64,000 bases of DNA from Mytilus californianus (GCF_021869535.1 NW_026262581.1:132432001-132496000), one strand, 5' to 3'. Counted from the first letter of the stretch, positions 1-13,310 are shown. The notes: generated by a model not told the origin, from the letters alone. Numbers and translations are program-made.

Positions 1-885
1 GGGGGGTGGGGTGACCCCCATGGACTTCCCCTATATTTCATTTGATTTGTTTTATTGCATACAAGAATATATATGGTTTAGGGATGGGGATTTCGACCGT
101 TTACAAGTTCTCAAACAGGAGGGGGTGGGGGTGACCCCAGAGGACTCGCCTTTTTTTTTTTTTATTTGTTTTATTGTCCCATACAAGAATATATATAGTT
201 TCAGGGTGTGGATCTTGAACGTTTACAAGTTTTCAAAAAGAAAGGGGGTTGGGGTGACCCCCATGGACTTCCCCTATATTTCATTTGATTTGTGTTATTG
301 TCCCATACAAGAAAATATATTGTTGAGGGGTGGGGATCTCAACTGTTTACAAGTTCTTAAACAGGAGGGGGTGGGGGTGACCCCAGGGGACTCGCCTTGT
401 ATTTCATTTGATTTGTTTGATTGTCACATTCAAGAATATATATGGTTTAAGGGTGGGGATCTCGACTGTTTACAAGTTCTTAAACAGGATGGGGTGGGGT
501 GACCCCAGCGGACTCGCCTTTTATTTCATTAGATTTGTTTTATTGTCCCATACAACAATATATATGGTTTCAGGGTGGGGATCTTGACCGTTTACAAAGT
601 TTCAAAAAGAAGGGGGGTGGGTGTGACCCCCATGGACTTCCCCTATATTTCATTTGATTTGTTTTGTTGTCACATACAAGAATATATATGGTTTCAGGGT
701 TGGGATCTTGACTGTTTACAAGTTTTCAAAAAGTAGGGGGGTAGGGGTGAACCTGGAGACTCCCCAAATATTTCATTTGATTTGTTTTATTGTCCCATAC
801 AAGAATGTATATGGTCTAGGGGTGGGGATCTCAACCGTTTACAAGATAAAAGCACATTCTCAAATTGAAAGGGGGTGGGGGTAAG
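1..885. repeat. Tandem satellite, ~122-bp G-rich unit, ~7 copies, truncated by window start
   Basis: GTGACCCC recurs at 11, 131, 254, 377, 499, 623 and a variant GTGAACC at 747. Two unit variants (CATGGACTTCCCC vs GGACTCGCC). Explains the repetitive ORF at 11..502. Confidence 0.95.
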
Positions 886-1489
886 AATATATATGGTTTA
901 GGGAGACTTAATTATCTACAAAATGTCTAATAATGAACAGTAAATTTCAAATTTCATTTTTACAGTCCTACTAGTAAATTTCAAACTTTATATATACAGT
1001 CCTACAGATCTTAAAAGGAAACAGAAAATTTTCAAATAAATCTGTCACTCCAATGATATTATATGCTAAGATATAACCCAGATCTAATCAATAATTAATA
1101 ATGTAATTAACTTCAAAATGTCTAATAATATAGCTTATAATCATTACCACTTAGGAAATAGATAATTTTCAAATAAATCTGTCACTCCAATTTTAATTGT
1201 GAGATAAGACATTATGCTAAGTCGTAAAAAAGATAACAAGAGTAAAATATTTAAAAATTCCACTTTTGGATATTAAAAATGGCGATAACTCACAAAGGAG
1301 ATATACTAATATCTTGAAAATTGAACTAGACCTTCATTAAGTCCCAGGAAACAACATATTTAAATTTGAAAAAAAATTGTTAAAGCGTTTTCATGTTATT
1401 GTGCTGACACTGTTTGACAGCTGCCCGTAGATCCGCCCAACATCACCATTTTAATAACCGATATTTCCTTCGAAAATCCAGTTAAAAAC

Positions 1490-2665
1490 TTAACTTTTAC
1501 CACTGAACCATGAAAATAAGGTCAAGGTCAGATGACACCTGCCAGTTGGACATGTACACCTTACAATCATCACATACACCAAATATAGTAGACCTATTGA
1601 TTATTGTATCTGAGATATGGACTTGACCACTAAAACTTAACCTTGTTCACTGATCCATGAAATGAGGTTGAGGTCAAATGAAAACTGTCTGACAGGCATG
1701 AGGACCTTGCAAGGTACGCACACACCAAATCTAGTTATTTTATTATTCATAATAAGAGAGAAATAAACATTACAAAAAATCTTCAAGTAGTCACTGAACA
1801 ATGAAAATGAGGTCATGGACAATGAATATATGATCGACGGAAACTTCATATCATAAGGCATCTATATACAAAGTATGAAGCATCCAGGTCTTCTACCTTC
1901 TGAAATATTAAGCTTTTAAGAAGTTAGTTAACGCCACTGTTGCTGCTGCCGCCAGATCACTTTCCCTATGTCGAGCTTTCTGCGAAAGAAGTCGCAGGCT
2001 CGACAAAAACTTAACATTGAATAATGAACCATGAAAATGAAGTCAAGGTCAAATGATACCTGCAAGACAGACATGTACACCTTACAACCATTCCATACAC
2101 CAAATATAGTTGACCTATTACTTATAGTACTTGTAAAACAGACCAAAACACAAAAAACTTAACATTGACCAATGAACCATGAAAATCAGGTCAAGTTCAG
2201 ATGAAATCTGCCAGACTGACATGTTCCCATTACAATCATTCCATACACCACATATATTTGTCCTACTGCTTATAGTATTTGAGAAGTGGACTTAATCACA
2301 TAACTTTAACCTTGATCACTGATCCATGAAATCAGGTTGAAGTAAGGTGAACCCTGCTTGGTGGACATGTAGACATTTCAAAGAACCCATCTACCAAATA
2401 TAAATATCCTATTACTCATATTAAGTGAGAAATTCACATGACAAAAAAAATAATAATTTTTTTCCAAGCAGTCGCTAAACCATGAAAATGAGGTCAAGGA
2501 CAATGGACATGTGACAGATGGAAATTTCCTAACATAAGGTATCTGCATACAAGATATAAAGCATCCAGGTCTTCTACCTTCTGAAATATAGCTTTATACA
2601 AATAGTTTACGCCGCCGCCAAAGAGTAATACCTTGTCTCGCATACTGCGACTTTCAATGACAAAA
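1490..2665 (+). mobile_element. Helentron-type non-autonomous element(s) (HINE family A) with internal tandem array
   Basis: Repeated GAACCATGAAAATGAGGTCAAGGTCA units. 3' end at ~1965-2010 reads GTCGAGC...CTGCGA-AAGAAG-TCGCAG-GCTCGACAAAAA (subterminal inverted repeat plus hairpin). Same family at 15003 and 35639. Confidence 0.7.
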
Positions 2666-3313
2666 ATCATCATGAAAGAGCAATAACTCTTATAAGGAGT
2701 TGGCTGATGATTTTGGCCATGCAAACTTAGTAGTAGATCCTGTCTTGCTGATCATTTTCACTTTTTAAAGTGTCTATCTTTTAAAGTTTTCTAGATAATA
2801 GGCAAAAACGCAATGCTAACTTATTCTTAGATATTGTCTTGTTGATAATCATTTTCTTATTTAAGGTTTCTATCTATTTTTTTAAAGTTTTTAAAATATT
2901 AGGCAAAGACAAAAAAAATTGTAATAACCGTCATTAAAGGGCAATAACTCCATGAAGGAGTTGTCAAACTATTTCAACCATGCTGTTATATTTTCGATCA
3001 TGTCAAGCTGGTCATTATTGCTAATTTAAGTTTCTATCTATCAATTGTAGTTTTTGAATTTTAGGTGATAGTCATAAATATAAATTTTTACTACAAGTAT
3101 CACATAAACTAAATATGATCATAGAAAATGAGATAGTGGTATTGAACCTTCTGATAAAATTTCATAGAGATCCATTCACTTAAAATAAAGTTATTGTCCG
3201 GAAACCAAATGTGTCTTCGGACGAAGACAACAATAGCATTATACGAACGCAAAATTTTTTTAATGGTCATATAATAAAACCTGCCTGCCATCCTATTACT
3301 CATAATAAGAGAG

Positions 3314-3905
3314 AAATAAATGGGGAATGTGTCCATGGGACACAGATGATGCCCCCGCTTGCATGTAACGTTATAAAGGGATATAACTCAAGAACTGTAA
3401 AAGTGGCTCTCCCAAATTTGTACTTGATCTGAGTTTTGTGGTAATAAGCATTGTGCATAAGTTTCATAACATTTGGTTGAGGCAAACTAAAGTTAGAGAA
3501 CGGAAATGAAAAATTCAGCAATTTTCCCATTTGTAAAGGGGCATAACTCTAGAACGGTAAAAGTGACGCCACCAAAATTGAAACTTGATCTTTGTTATGT
3601 GGTATTAAGCATTGTGTATAAGTTTCATAACATTTGGTTGAGGCAAACTAAAGTTAGAGAACGGAAACGAAAAATTCAGCAATTTTTCCATTTGTAATGG
3701 GGCATTACTCTAGAACGGTAAAAGTGACTCCATCAAAATTCAAACTTGATATGTGTTTTGTGGTAATAAGCATTGTGTATAAGTTTCATAACATTTGGTT
3801 GAGGCAAACTTAAGTTAGAGAACGGAAACCAAGTTTTGGTCGTATGTACGTACGTACAGACGGACAAGGGTAAAACTTTATGCTCCCTCCTACGGCGGGG
3901 GCATA
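3314..3905 (+). mobile_element. HINE family B inserted into a family A copy
   Basis: Starts AAATAAATGGGGAATGTGTCCATGGGACACAGATGATGCCCCCGC, carries ~150-bp repeats, a (GTAC/GACG) microsatellite and a 3' hairpin ending GGGGGCATAA. Family A sequence stops at ...AAGAGAGAAA and resumes at TTAA...AAAATCTTTA. Confidence 0.75.
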
Positions 3906-4607
3906 ATTAAGAATACTAAAAATCTTTATTTTTTTTCGAGTAGTCACTGAACCATGTAAATGAGGTCAAGGACAATGGACATATGACAGACAAAAACTAC
4001 ATAACATAAGGCATCTATATACAAAGTATGAAGGATTCATGTCTTCTACCTTCTGAAATATTAAGCTTTTAAGAAGTTTGTTAAAGCCGCCGGATCACTA
4101 TCTTTATGTCTTGCTTTCTGCGACAGAAGAGCAATAACTCCAATAGAGTGGTTGTACACTTTCAGCCTTCTTGACTTATTTGTAGATATTATAAGTTTTG
4201 TTTACTAAAGTTCTCATCTATCTATTATAATTTTTAAGGTCCTAGGCAAAAATGCAAAATAAAGGATAATAATTTTCATTAAAGGGCAATAACTTCAAAA
4301 AGGAGTCGTCAGACAATTTTAGCCATGTTGACTTATATGTAGATCTCGTCTTACTGATCATTTTTGGTATTTCAAGTTTCTCTCTATCTATTATAGTTTT
4401 CAAGATAATAGGCAAAAATGGTAAAATTTGTCATTCAAGGGCAATAACTCCTATAAGTTGTTTGACAGTTTTGATGTAAATAGAAAATAGGTCAATCTCA
4501 ACATTTTTACCACTGCAAGATAAGAGACAAATCTTGCATTTTACCTCTATGTTCTCCTTTTAACCATGTTGGTCAAGTTGGTTGGCAAGTACGGTCATCG
4601 GAGACAT

Positions 4608-5029
4608 TTTATGCCCCCACCATAGCAGAGGGGGCATTAACTTTGACCCTTGTCTGTCTGTATGTCCCGAAATTGGTTTTCGTTCTCTAACTTTAGTTTG
4701 CCTCAACCTTATTATATGTAACTTATACACAATGCTTAATACCACAAAAAACAGATCAAGTTTGAATTTTGGTGGCGTCACTTTTACCGTTCTAGAGTTA
4801 TGGCCCTTTACAAACAGTAAAATTGCTGAATTCTTCATTTCCATTATCTAACTTAAGTTTGCCTACCAAATTTTATGAAACCTATACACAATGCTTATTA
4901 CCACAAAACTCAGTTCAAATACGAATTTGGGTAACGTCACTTATACCGTTCTTGAGTTATGTCCCTTTATAACGTTATATGCAAGCGGGGGCATCATCTG
5001 TGTCCCATGGACACATTCCCCATTTATTT
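4608..5029 (-). mobile_element. HINE family B, inverted relative to the 3314-3905 copy
   Basis: Reverse complement of the same termini (ATGCCCCCAC...GGGGGCAT hairpin; GCGGGGGCATCATCTGTGTCCCATGGACACATTCCCCATTTATTT). Confidence 0.75.
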
Positions 5030-7794
5030 AAACTAGATAACAGATACTAAAGATGATTGTGACCGAATTTGGTAAAATTTAATCCAGTAGTTTCAGAGGA
5101 GAAAATTTTTGTAGAAGATAACTGATGACAGATGACGGATGCCAAATGCTCACTTGGCTTTTCTGCCAGGTGAGCTAAATATAGACTAAAAATCATCTTT
5201 CAAGAACAATAACTCCTACTAGAGGGCAATTGGCCATGTTGATTTACTTGCAGATTTTATTTTACAGAACATTTTTTTTCAAGCACAATAACTCCTTTCA
5301 GGGGTCAATTGAAGATTTCGTCTTTATTGACTCATTACTAGATATTCTTGTTCTGGTCATGTTTACTGTTTAATTTTTCTCTCGATTAGTTTTCAAGATA
5401 ATATCCAAAAGCTTTGAAATTTGCCAAAAAAAGACATTTCCGGGGCATTTACTCCAAAATAGGTTGTGCTTTTTCAGAAAATTCCATCAGAGATCTTCCT
5501 TGGCCAACTGGCTACTAATAATTTTTATCCATGTCAGTTTCACTCTAACTGTTTTAGTTTCTGAAATATTAGCCAAAGACTGAAATTTTCTGCAAAATGA
5601 CATTTCAATATCAGCAACTCCAAAAAACTTCATACTATATACATGTACCCTAAAAGGATCAATCAGGTCAAGTTCGGTTGAAATTGATCTAACAGATCTT
5701 TTAAAAAGTTTACAATGATTAAAGCCAAGTGATTGCAAATAGCTTACATGGCCTATTGGGACAGGCGAGCAAAATTAGGAAATTTAAATCACTATATTTG
5801 TACTGAATGGAGCTAGGAAACTGTTAGACTTATGTCTGAAGTTAGTTTGAGAAATGTTTACTCTCTTTTACTGGAAATCTTGATTTTTGTACTTTCACGG
5901 AAAAAAATACATTAATTTCTCTGTTAGGGCAATAACTTTAATACGGAAAAATATATGCAAGAACAGAATAAAAAAACCCTGATTATTTTTAGGAATTTAC
6001 ATGTGAGAATTTAAGTAGGATAGAATTTCAGGAGTTCTCTAGTGCTGCAGTATTATCATGGAAATTAAAGAAAACGTAAATGCTGATTTTGTATTTGTTC
6101 AAGTCACAATCTCAATTTTCCCACAAATATCAATATCAATTATTAAAACCCTTGTCAATAAATACACAAAACAACTTAAATATCAAAGAGGTAGGACCAA
6201 TTTCCCCTGTTTTGCCATGATATGTGTATCACTCACATTGTAAAAATGTTTAACCATGCTAGAAACCAAGTATCAAAGAGTCTATAAAATATTCTCTCAC
6301 AAATTATCAACTATTTTACATTTTTTATTAAATTAAAAATGTTTTTCAGCCCCACAGATTGCTGTTGAAAACAATATTGCAAATTTAACAAGTTTTGTAA
6401 GCATTAGAGGCCATCTCTAATCAATATTAAGTTATTTGTACAAATGTGTTTGTAGTCTTAACCTAGTGACCTCAAAATCAATAAAGTTTTCCTCTCCCTA
6501 TGGGTCATTATCAAACCAAGTTTGGTAAAGAACTGTCGAAAGGTCAAAACACTGTGTCTTGAAGCGGAAATGATTCATTATATTATAAAGTTCTTCTTCG
6601 TCACTAATTGGTTATAATTCTTTCAGATATATCTTCACATATAACAAACATTATCATGGAAATTGTTTTTATTCCATACAAAAATGAAGACTCCAAAATG
6701 GTCATACACAAAACATTCCTCCTCAGACAACAACTATGTAAACATACATAAAACATTCATACATGTTGTCAGATACTCTAAACAGCCTATTGTTAATTAA
6801 CAACTGAAAAATAGAAAAAGTACTCCATGTAAGAATCAGGAAATTAAAGACACATCTTAAATTTAAAGATTTTCGATTGAACTTTAATTTGTACACAGCT
6901 AGCTGATATAGTCCTAATCTATCTTTTTTATAGGAAGGGGGGAACCAGAAAATATCAAATCCTATATATAGTCTTTTTCAATTTATCTCACTTCATATGA
7001 TAATTCAATCACAAAGCATTATTGATACATTTACATCTCCAAAAAAAAAGCCTTAGTATAAATGTCTAAAGATATTCGTTTGATTCAAAAAGAATATGCA
7101 GCCTGATTCTTAAATGATGTGATTGTTTACAAAATTTGTGTCAGATTACATTGCAGATCTATGAAACAGTAAGATAATACTTCTTAAAACATTTCAATTG
7201 CAAGGTATAAATAAATATTACCATTTTTTGCATAGTTACATTTGCAAACTGTACAACCTGATTTTTTGGTATCTGTACAATCAAAATAAAAATAACATTT
7301 AGATCCGAGGTTACTTTCTTCCTCATATACTTAGCTAGTAAATTAAATGAATATTTCTTAACTCATACAGCATATACAAAAATTATCAAGGAATTTTTCT
7401 AAACTTATTTTGTTGAGAAACTACTCAAACATGAGAATCAATTTACCTGTTAATTTTGAGGTAAAGAGGTAAACATCACCTGTCTGCCATCCAATAACCC
7501 TGACATGACGGGGTATCTAATACAGTATTTACTCCTGATATATTTTTGACCAAAAATGTGCTTGTAATAGGAAAAAGAAGGACTATGTTTACATTGAAAA
7601 ATACATAAAAACCCAGATCAATTACTGTCAATTAACCAACATTTCTAAAAAATAAAGACAAGTCTGGAAAATATGAAAGTTTGGAAACACTGGCATAATT
7701 GTAGATGATGTCACCACACAAGTGAAGTGCATGTTTTTTTCTGAGTCATTAAAGGTTTTCTATCTTTTGAAATGTTTCCCAGACTTAATAAATA

Positions 7795-8145
7795 AGTTAA
7801 GTGAGACACACAGTAATTCACATCACTACATAATTTGCGATTAATTCACAATGATGTGTGAGATGTAGCACTGAATTACATTAGTAGTTAAGTGAGATAC
7901 ACAATAATTCACATCACTACATTACTTGTGATTAATCCACAATGATGTGCAAGATGTAGCACTGAATTACAAGTGTAGTTAAGTGAGATACAAAGTAATT
8001 CACATCACTACATTACTTGTGAATAATCCACAATGATGTGCGAGATGTAGCACTGAATTACAAGTGTAGTTAAGTGAGATACACAGTAATTCACATCACT
8101 ACATTACTTGTGATTAATCCACTATGATGTGTGATACGTAGTAGT
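7795..8145. repeat. Minisatellite, 91-bp unit, ~3.8 copies
   Basis: AGTTAAGTGAGA(T/C)AC starts at 7795, 7886, 7977 and 8068. Confidence 0.95.
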
Positions 8146-8550
8146 GGTTACAGATTATTTTATGACTGCACCTGAACCATGAAAAACCAAAAGATCACTA
8201 AACAGACAAGAATGCAAGCAAAAAGAGTAATGCAATGACTTCAGTTAAATTGGACTTACTTTGCAAATGTAGGAAAACAGTATATCGTAAACTTGTTTCT
8301 GTGTAATATCAACTCAGACGACAGGTAAGCAAGAGAATGATTGCACCCCAAGCCAATCTCAGAAAATGCCTTCTCCCCAAAGAATATCAATATAATGGAA
8401 TAGCCAAAAACAATAATGCCACATGATTAAATGAGGCCCTTGGTGGAGTTTATCTTTACCTGACAACAATAAACAAATCATATTATGTTGATATTATCAG
8501 ATTTAAACTATTTGATTTATACAAGGCATTGAATTTGGCACTTTTTTTAT

Positions 8551-8741
8551 TAGGGCTGTTCCAGAATTAAACACATGGGGCCTGGCATGGGAGGCACTTT
8601 TATTAGAACACAACCATCCATAGAATACTCTTTCATTTTACTAATAATACTTTCAAAATTCCGAGGAAAATACAACCAACCACAATTAATCAGTTTGAGT
8701 GCCTCCCATTTCACCACCAGGATTAATTTTGGAATAGTCTA
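8551..8741. mobile_element. Small MITE-like element with TAG...CTA termini
   Basis: Imperfect TIR TAGGGCTGTTCCAGAATTAA / TTAATTTTGGAATAGTCTA and an inner inverted pair GGGAGGCACT / AGTGCCTCCC. No clear TSD. Confidence 0.45.
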
Positions 8742-8977
8742 CCAGTTTTTGATAGTGATATCAAGCTATTTGGAGAAGAAATATTTTTTGATTACTGTAA
8801 TCATCCATTCCTGATATCAAGCTATCTAAAAAGGATTGTGTTTTTATTACCAGTTCCTGATAACATGCAATTTGGAAAAGAATGTTTTATACTATATGAT
8901 TACAATGACAAAAAATTTAAGGTTTGTAATCAACAAGCTCCCCCCTTTATTGAGCCTCATAAATACAATGATACCAA

Positions 8978-9302
8978 CAATTTAATGTGATGCATGACCT
9001 ACAATGTAATGTGATGCATGATACTCACAATGTAATGAAATGCATGATACTCACAATGTAATGTAATGCATGATACTCACAATGTAATGTAATGCATGAT
9101 ACTCACAATGTAATGTAATGCATGATACCAACAATGAAATGTAATGCATGATACTCACAATGTAATATAATGCATGATACTCACAATGTAATGTAATGCA
9201 TGATACTCACAATGTAATGTAATGCATGATACCAACAATGAAATGTAATGCATGATACTCACAATGTAATGTAATGCATGATACCAACAATGTAATTTGA
9301 TG
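8978..9302. repeat. Minisatellite, 26-bp unit, ~12 copies
   Basis: Unit ACAATGTAATGTAATGCATGATACTC; period 26 (9072 to 9098). Confidence 0.95.
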
Positions 9303-10240
9303 TGTGCCATTAATACCCATTATTTTTATAAAAAAAAGCCTATCATCTACCAAACATATTACAATTCCTAGACAAAAATCTCATACAAAAAATATACTAT
9401 TATAAATACTATGCAGTGATAACTTGTAATGTTAAAATGGTAGTAATTACCCAATTTAATAATTCACTGCCATATGGACAATCTATGTCAATCAAGTATC
9501 AAATTACATCTATAGAGAACACAGCCTTTCATAAAGTGGTAACTAGTCTAGGAATCTATGACATTTATAAAGAACCTGGAATTTAAACATATGAAATGTT
9601 CAAAAGTTTAAACTGTTTGTTAAAGGTAATTTTATGAGCTTTGAGTATATATCATTTTAGAAAAAAATAATAGCTGACTATAAAACTTTATCAATTTACA
9701 TAACAAAAGAAAACAAAAGCCATTAGACAAAAAGGAGTTTGACTCTAATCTTAATTTACTAGGATTGCTAGTCTTCCTGTTGAAGGTCTGACAGTGGTTC
9801 TCTCCAGATTCTTCCCCCAATAAAAAGTGGCCGCAAGAACAACGATTTGACAGCCAAATTTGTCAATCTTGAAATATATGAAACTAGTTATTCCTTCATG
9901 AAGCTTAATGACTTTTAAAAATATCAAACATGAAAAAAGTCTGGCAGCAAATTATTTCCAATTACATTATTTTCCATGAGGTAGATCTCCCTCATAACAG
10001 TTCATAGATTTGAAGGTTTGTTTATATTATTGCAGTGGTAAATGACACAAAAATATCCAACATTAACAAACACCCACAATTGAACAATATCAAATAAACA
10101 CATGTATAATCAATCAACTTTGTTAATTTAGTGAACTGCTTTTTTTCAAATCAGTAATGCTAGTTTTTTTGTACATGTATATTGAATAAAAAAGCAACAA
10201 ATCTGATTGACCTCTATTTTCATAAATGCATTTCAAATTT

Positions 10241-10470
10241 TTAATCCTGATCTTCCTCACTATCAAAATCTTCATCACTTGAATCTTCATACTCTAAGTC
10301 CTCTTCAAATTTAGTGATTGGACGTTTGGGTTTGATCACTCTGTGTTTCTGAATAAATCTGGCTTCTTTCATCAGAAGCTCAGCATTAACTTCACTTTTA
10401 ACTGCTTTAAACTCAGCTACCAAAGGAAAAATATGTTCAATAGCAGACTGGACATTGTCAACACATGGAG
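10241..10470 (-). CDS. TBPL1: TBP-like protein 1 (TRF2/TLF), last coding exon
   Basis: TTTCAG acceptor at 10471-10473. Reads (A)PCVDNVQSAIEHIFPLVAEFK...EDSSDEDFDSEEDQD*. Phase matches exon 12746-12840. Confidence 0.93.
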
Positions 10471-10719
10471 CTGAAATAAAATTAAAATTTTCAAAGAAAA
10501 GGTTGCCTTTCTCTATACATACCAAAGCATTTACCTTGTAAACTTCCAACTTTTAGCAATACAATTCCCCATACTCTGTGAGAACTAAATTATGAATCGT
10601 TAGAATGGAAAAAGAGCTTAACTCGATGGAGTAAAATTTTGTAAATATTCCGTTAGGGAAGTTTGAGCTATCACGAGATGCATTTCAAATATTCAAATTT
10701 TATCAAAAAGCCTTATATA

Positions 10720-10915
10720 GATTAGACCGTTGGTTTTCCCATTTGAATGGTTTTACACTAGTAATTTTTTGGGGCCCTTTATAGCTTGCTGTTCGGTGTG
10801 AGCCAAGGCTCCATGTTGAAGACCGTACTTTGACCTATAATGGTTTACTTTTATAAATTTTGACTTGGAAGGAGGGTTGTCTCATTGGCACTCATACCAC
10901 ATCTTCTTATATCTA
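10720..10915 (-). repeat. Short interspersed repeat fragment (further pieces at ~23628-23675 and ~50031-50060)
   Basis: Shared motif GTTGTCTCATTGGCA(C/G)TCATACCACATCTTCTT at 10877 and 23636, and its reverse complement at 50031. Confidence 0.6.
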
Positions 10916-10982
10916 ATTATAACTCTTGAACCATACAAAATTGATAGGTATTTAGTCTTTATAATAGAACAAAAATATTGTA

Positions 10983-12282
10983 TAATAAAATGCTTCGCTG
11001 AGCCCAGCCAGATATGACCGCAGAGGTCAAACCCTGAACAGTTTGGGCAAGTTTGGACTTGATACTGTCTGAATTTGGATTGTGATCAAATTTTTGACAT
11101 AATATAGGTTTCTGACAATAAATAAATGTGGTCAAAGATCTTAAAAATTTGAAATGGGACATTTAATTTACCTAGAATGGTCTGATATCCAAAATCTAAC
11201 AACATGGTTAGATTCAGCATATAAAAAAACCCCAAAAATTTAATTTTAGTTGAAATCAAACAAAGTTTAATTTTAAACCCTTCAAACCTTAATATGGACT
11301 AATTTGAAAACAGGGCCCAAAATAAAAAATCTAAATGCACAGTAAGATTCAGCATATCATACAGCCGCAATAATTCAGTTTTTGATGAAATCAAACAAAG
11401 TTTAATTTTGGACCCTTTTGACCTCAATGTAGACCAATTTAAAAATGGGGCCCAACTTTCAAAAAAGTAATACAAGGTTAGAACCCCCAAAAATTAAAGA
11501 CTTTAAATTAATCCCATTGAAATTGGTTAAAAGATTTGTATTTATTTTCAATTGAAGATTTCTTACAGTATTGTGCAATACTGTGCAATCTAAGATTTCT
11601 TGCTATTGTGCAATACTGTGCAATTGAAGATTTCTTGCTATTGTGCAATACTGGCCAATTGAAGATTTCTTGCTATTGCGCAATACTGTATAATTGAAGA
11701 TTTCTTGCTATTTCGCAATACTGTGCAATTGAAGATTTCTTGCTATTGCGCAATACTGTGCAATTGAAGATTTCTTGCTATTAAAAAAATATGAACCGCC
11801 AAATTTTTTGAACCCCCTACCCCTTGGAGTAATACCCCCAAATTAATCCCAGCCTTCCCTTTGTGGTATGGAACCTTGTAGTACAATTTTAGAGAGATCT
11901 ATACACTAACACACAAGTTATTATCCGGAAACTACAAAAATGCTTGTTTTTGGCCCCTAATTCCTAAACTGTTGGTACCATAACCCCCAAAATCAATCCC
12001 AGCCTTCCCTTTGTGATATGGCACCTTGTGGTACAATTTCTGAGAGATCTATACACTAACACACAAGTTATTATCCGGAAACTACAAAAATGCTTGTTTT
12101 TGGCCCCTAATTCCTAAACTGTTGGTACCATAACCCCCAAAATCAATCCCAACCTTCCTTTTGTGGTATTGATCTTAGAGATCCATTCACTTAAACTAAA
12201 GTTATTATCCAGAAACCAAATGTGTCTTCGGTCGACGCCTACGACACCATAGCATTATAGGATTTTTGCGGTTGTACAAAAA
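10983..12282 (+). mobile_element. HINE family C with internal 35-bp and ~150-bp arrays
   Basis: 5' end TAATAAAATGCTTCGCTGAG...GACCGCAGAGG and 3' end CCAAATGTGTCTTCGG...GCGGTTGTACAAAAAA match the 235-bp copy at 39185. 35-bp unit x~6.7 at 11549-11783; ~150-bp unit at 11841-12170. Confidence 0.75.
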
Positions 12283-12352
12283 ATTCATAAAAATCTGTTA
12301 AAACTTTTCCAAAAGATACTTTATATAATCCACTCCTTATTTTCCATGAGAA

Positions 12353-12530
12353 GCCTTCATCCCAGAGATTTTAGACTATTTAGGGTAAAATGGAAAGAAA
12401 GAAGACTGTTGAGCAGCTTTCATCCCAGAGATTTTAGACTATTTACGGTAAAATGGAAAGAAAGAAGAGTGTTGAGCAGCCTTGATCCCTGAGATTTTAG
12501 ACTATTTAAGGTAAAATGAAAAAAAGACTG
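12353..12530. repeat. Minisatellite, 63-bp unit, ~2.8 copies
   Basis: GCC/GCTTT(C/G)ATCCC(A/T)GAGATTTTAGACTATTT at 12353, 12416 and 12479. Confidence 0.9.
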
Positions 12531-12745
12531 GTGCTGAACAATGAGGAATTAGAAAATGTATGACTATATGACTTAGAACATACTATTTAGTAATCTTCTA
12601 AAGGAATTTTTCAGTTCCTGGATAAGTCTGCCTATACCCAACATCAAAATTAAAAATCTTTTGTTAAGTAACTTTTTGAATTTAATTTTTTTTGAATTTA
12701 GGTTTCAGTTTAAAAACCATGAAATAAGGAGAGGAGTATACATAC

Positions 12746-12840
12746 CTGTAACAGTTATACTTCCAGTAGTAAAGATTTTCAGAGTGGCCTTTGGTTCTTT
12801 TATTCTGTATGTTGCCCCAGGATGCAGTTCTGGTTCATAA
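12746..12840 (-). CDS. TBPL1: TBP-like protein 1, coding exon 4
   Basis: TTTTCAG acceptor, GTATGT donor. Reads (S)[31 protein letters not shown]. His replaces the TBP Phe of ELFPG, as is typical of TRF2. Confidence 0.95.
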
Positions 12841-13134
12841 CTGAAAATAAGAAATTATATATTTTTATAAATATATACATTATAAATAAGGACACAACAC
12901 TTCAAAGGAATACAGGTATTATCTATTTCAGATTATCTTGTTTCAAGGTTTTAGCTGCTGTCATTAGGATAAATACAATGAGAATTTTTCTTCCTGAAGT
13001 ACTAAATTCAGTTAACAAGTATGACATCACAATTCATAATGGTTTCCATACATAGTAAGTTGTACCATCAAGTGTATGTTAAATGTATAAATACAACAAA
13101 AATGTGTGGTAAAAGGTTAAAAACAATAATGTGT

Positions 13135-13310
13135 ATGAATATGTTTGTTAGGATGTTGTCAGTGTATATGTTTGTTAGGATGTTGTCAGTGAATATGTTT
13201 GTTAGGATGTTGTCAGTGAATATGTTTGTTAGGATGTTGTCAGTGAATATGTTTGTTAGGATGTTGTCAGTGAATATGTTTGTTAGGATGTTGTCAGTGA
13301 ATATGTTTAT
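13135..13310. repeat. Intronic minisatellite, 27-bp unit, ~6.5 copies
   Basis: Unit GAATATGTTTGTTAGGATGTTGTCAGT; produces the repetitive ORFs NMFVRMLSV and NIFTDNILT. Confidence 0.95.

Noticed and set aside
11-502. 163-aa ORF with an internal ~40-aa repeat
   Set aside because: It is a by-product of the ~122-bp satellite; the frame breaks in later units and there is no splice context.
3109-5738. Many 60-95-aa ORFs (e.g. MKNSAIFPFVKGHNSRTVKVTPPK...) recurring at 3506, 4560 and 18693
   Set aside because: They are translations of non-coding HINE array units; the similarity reflects repeat homology.
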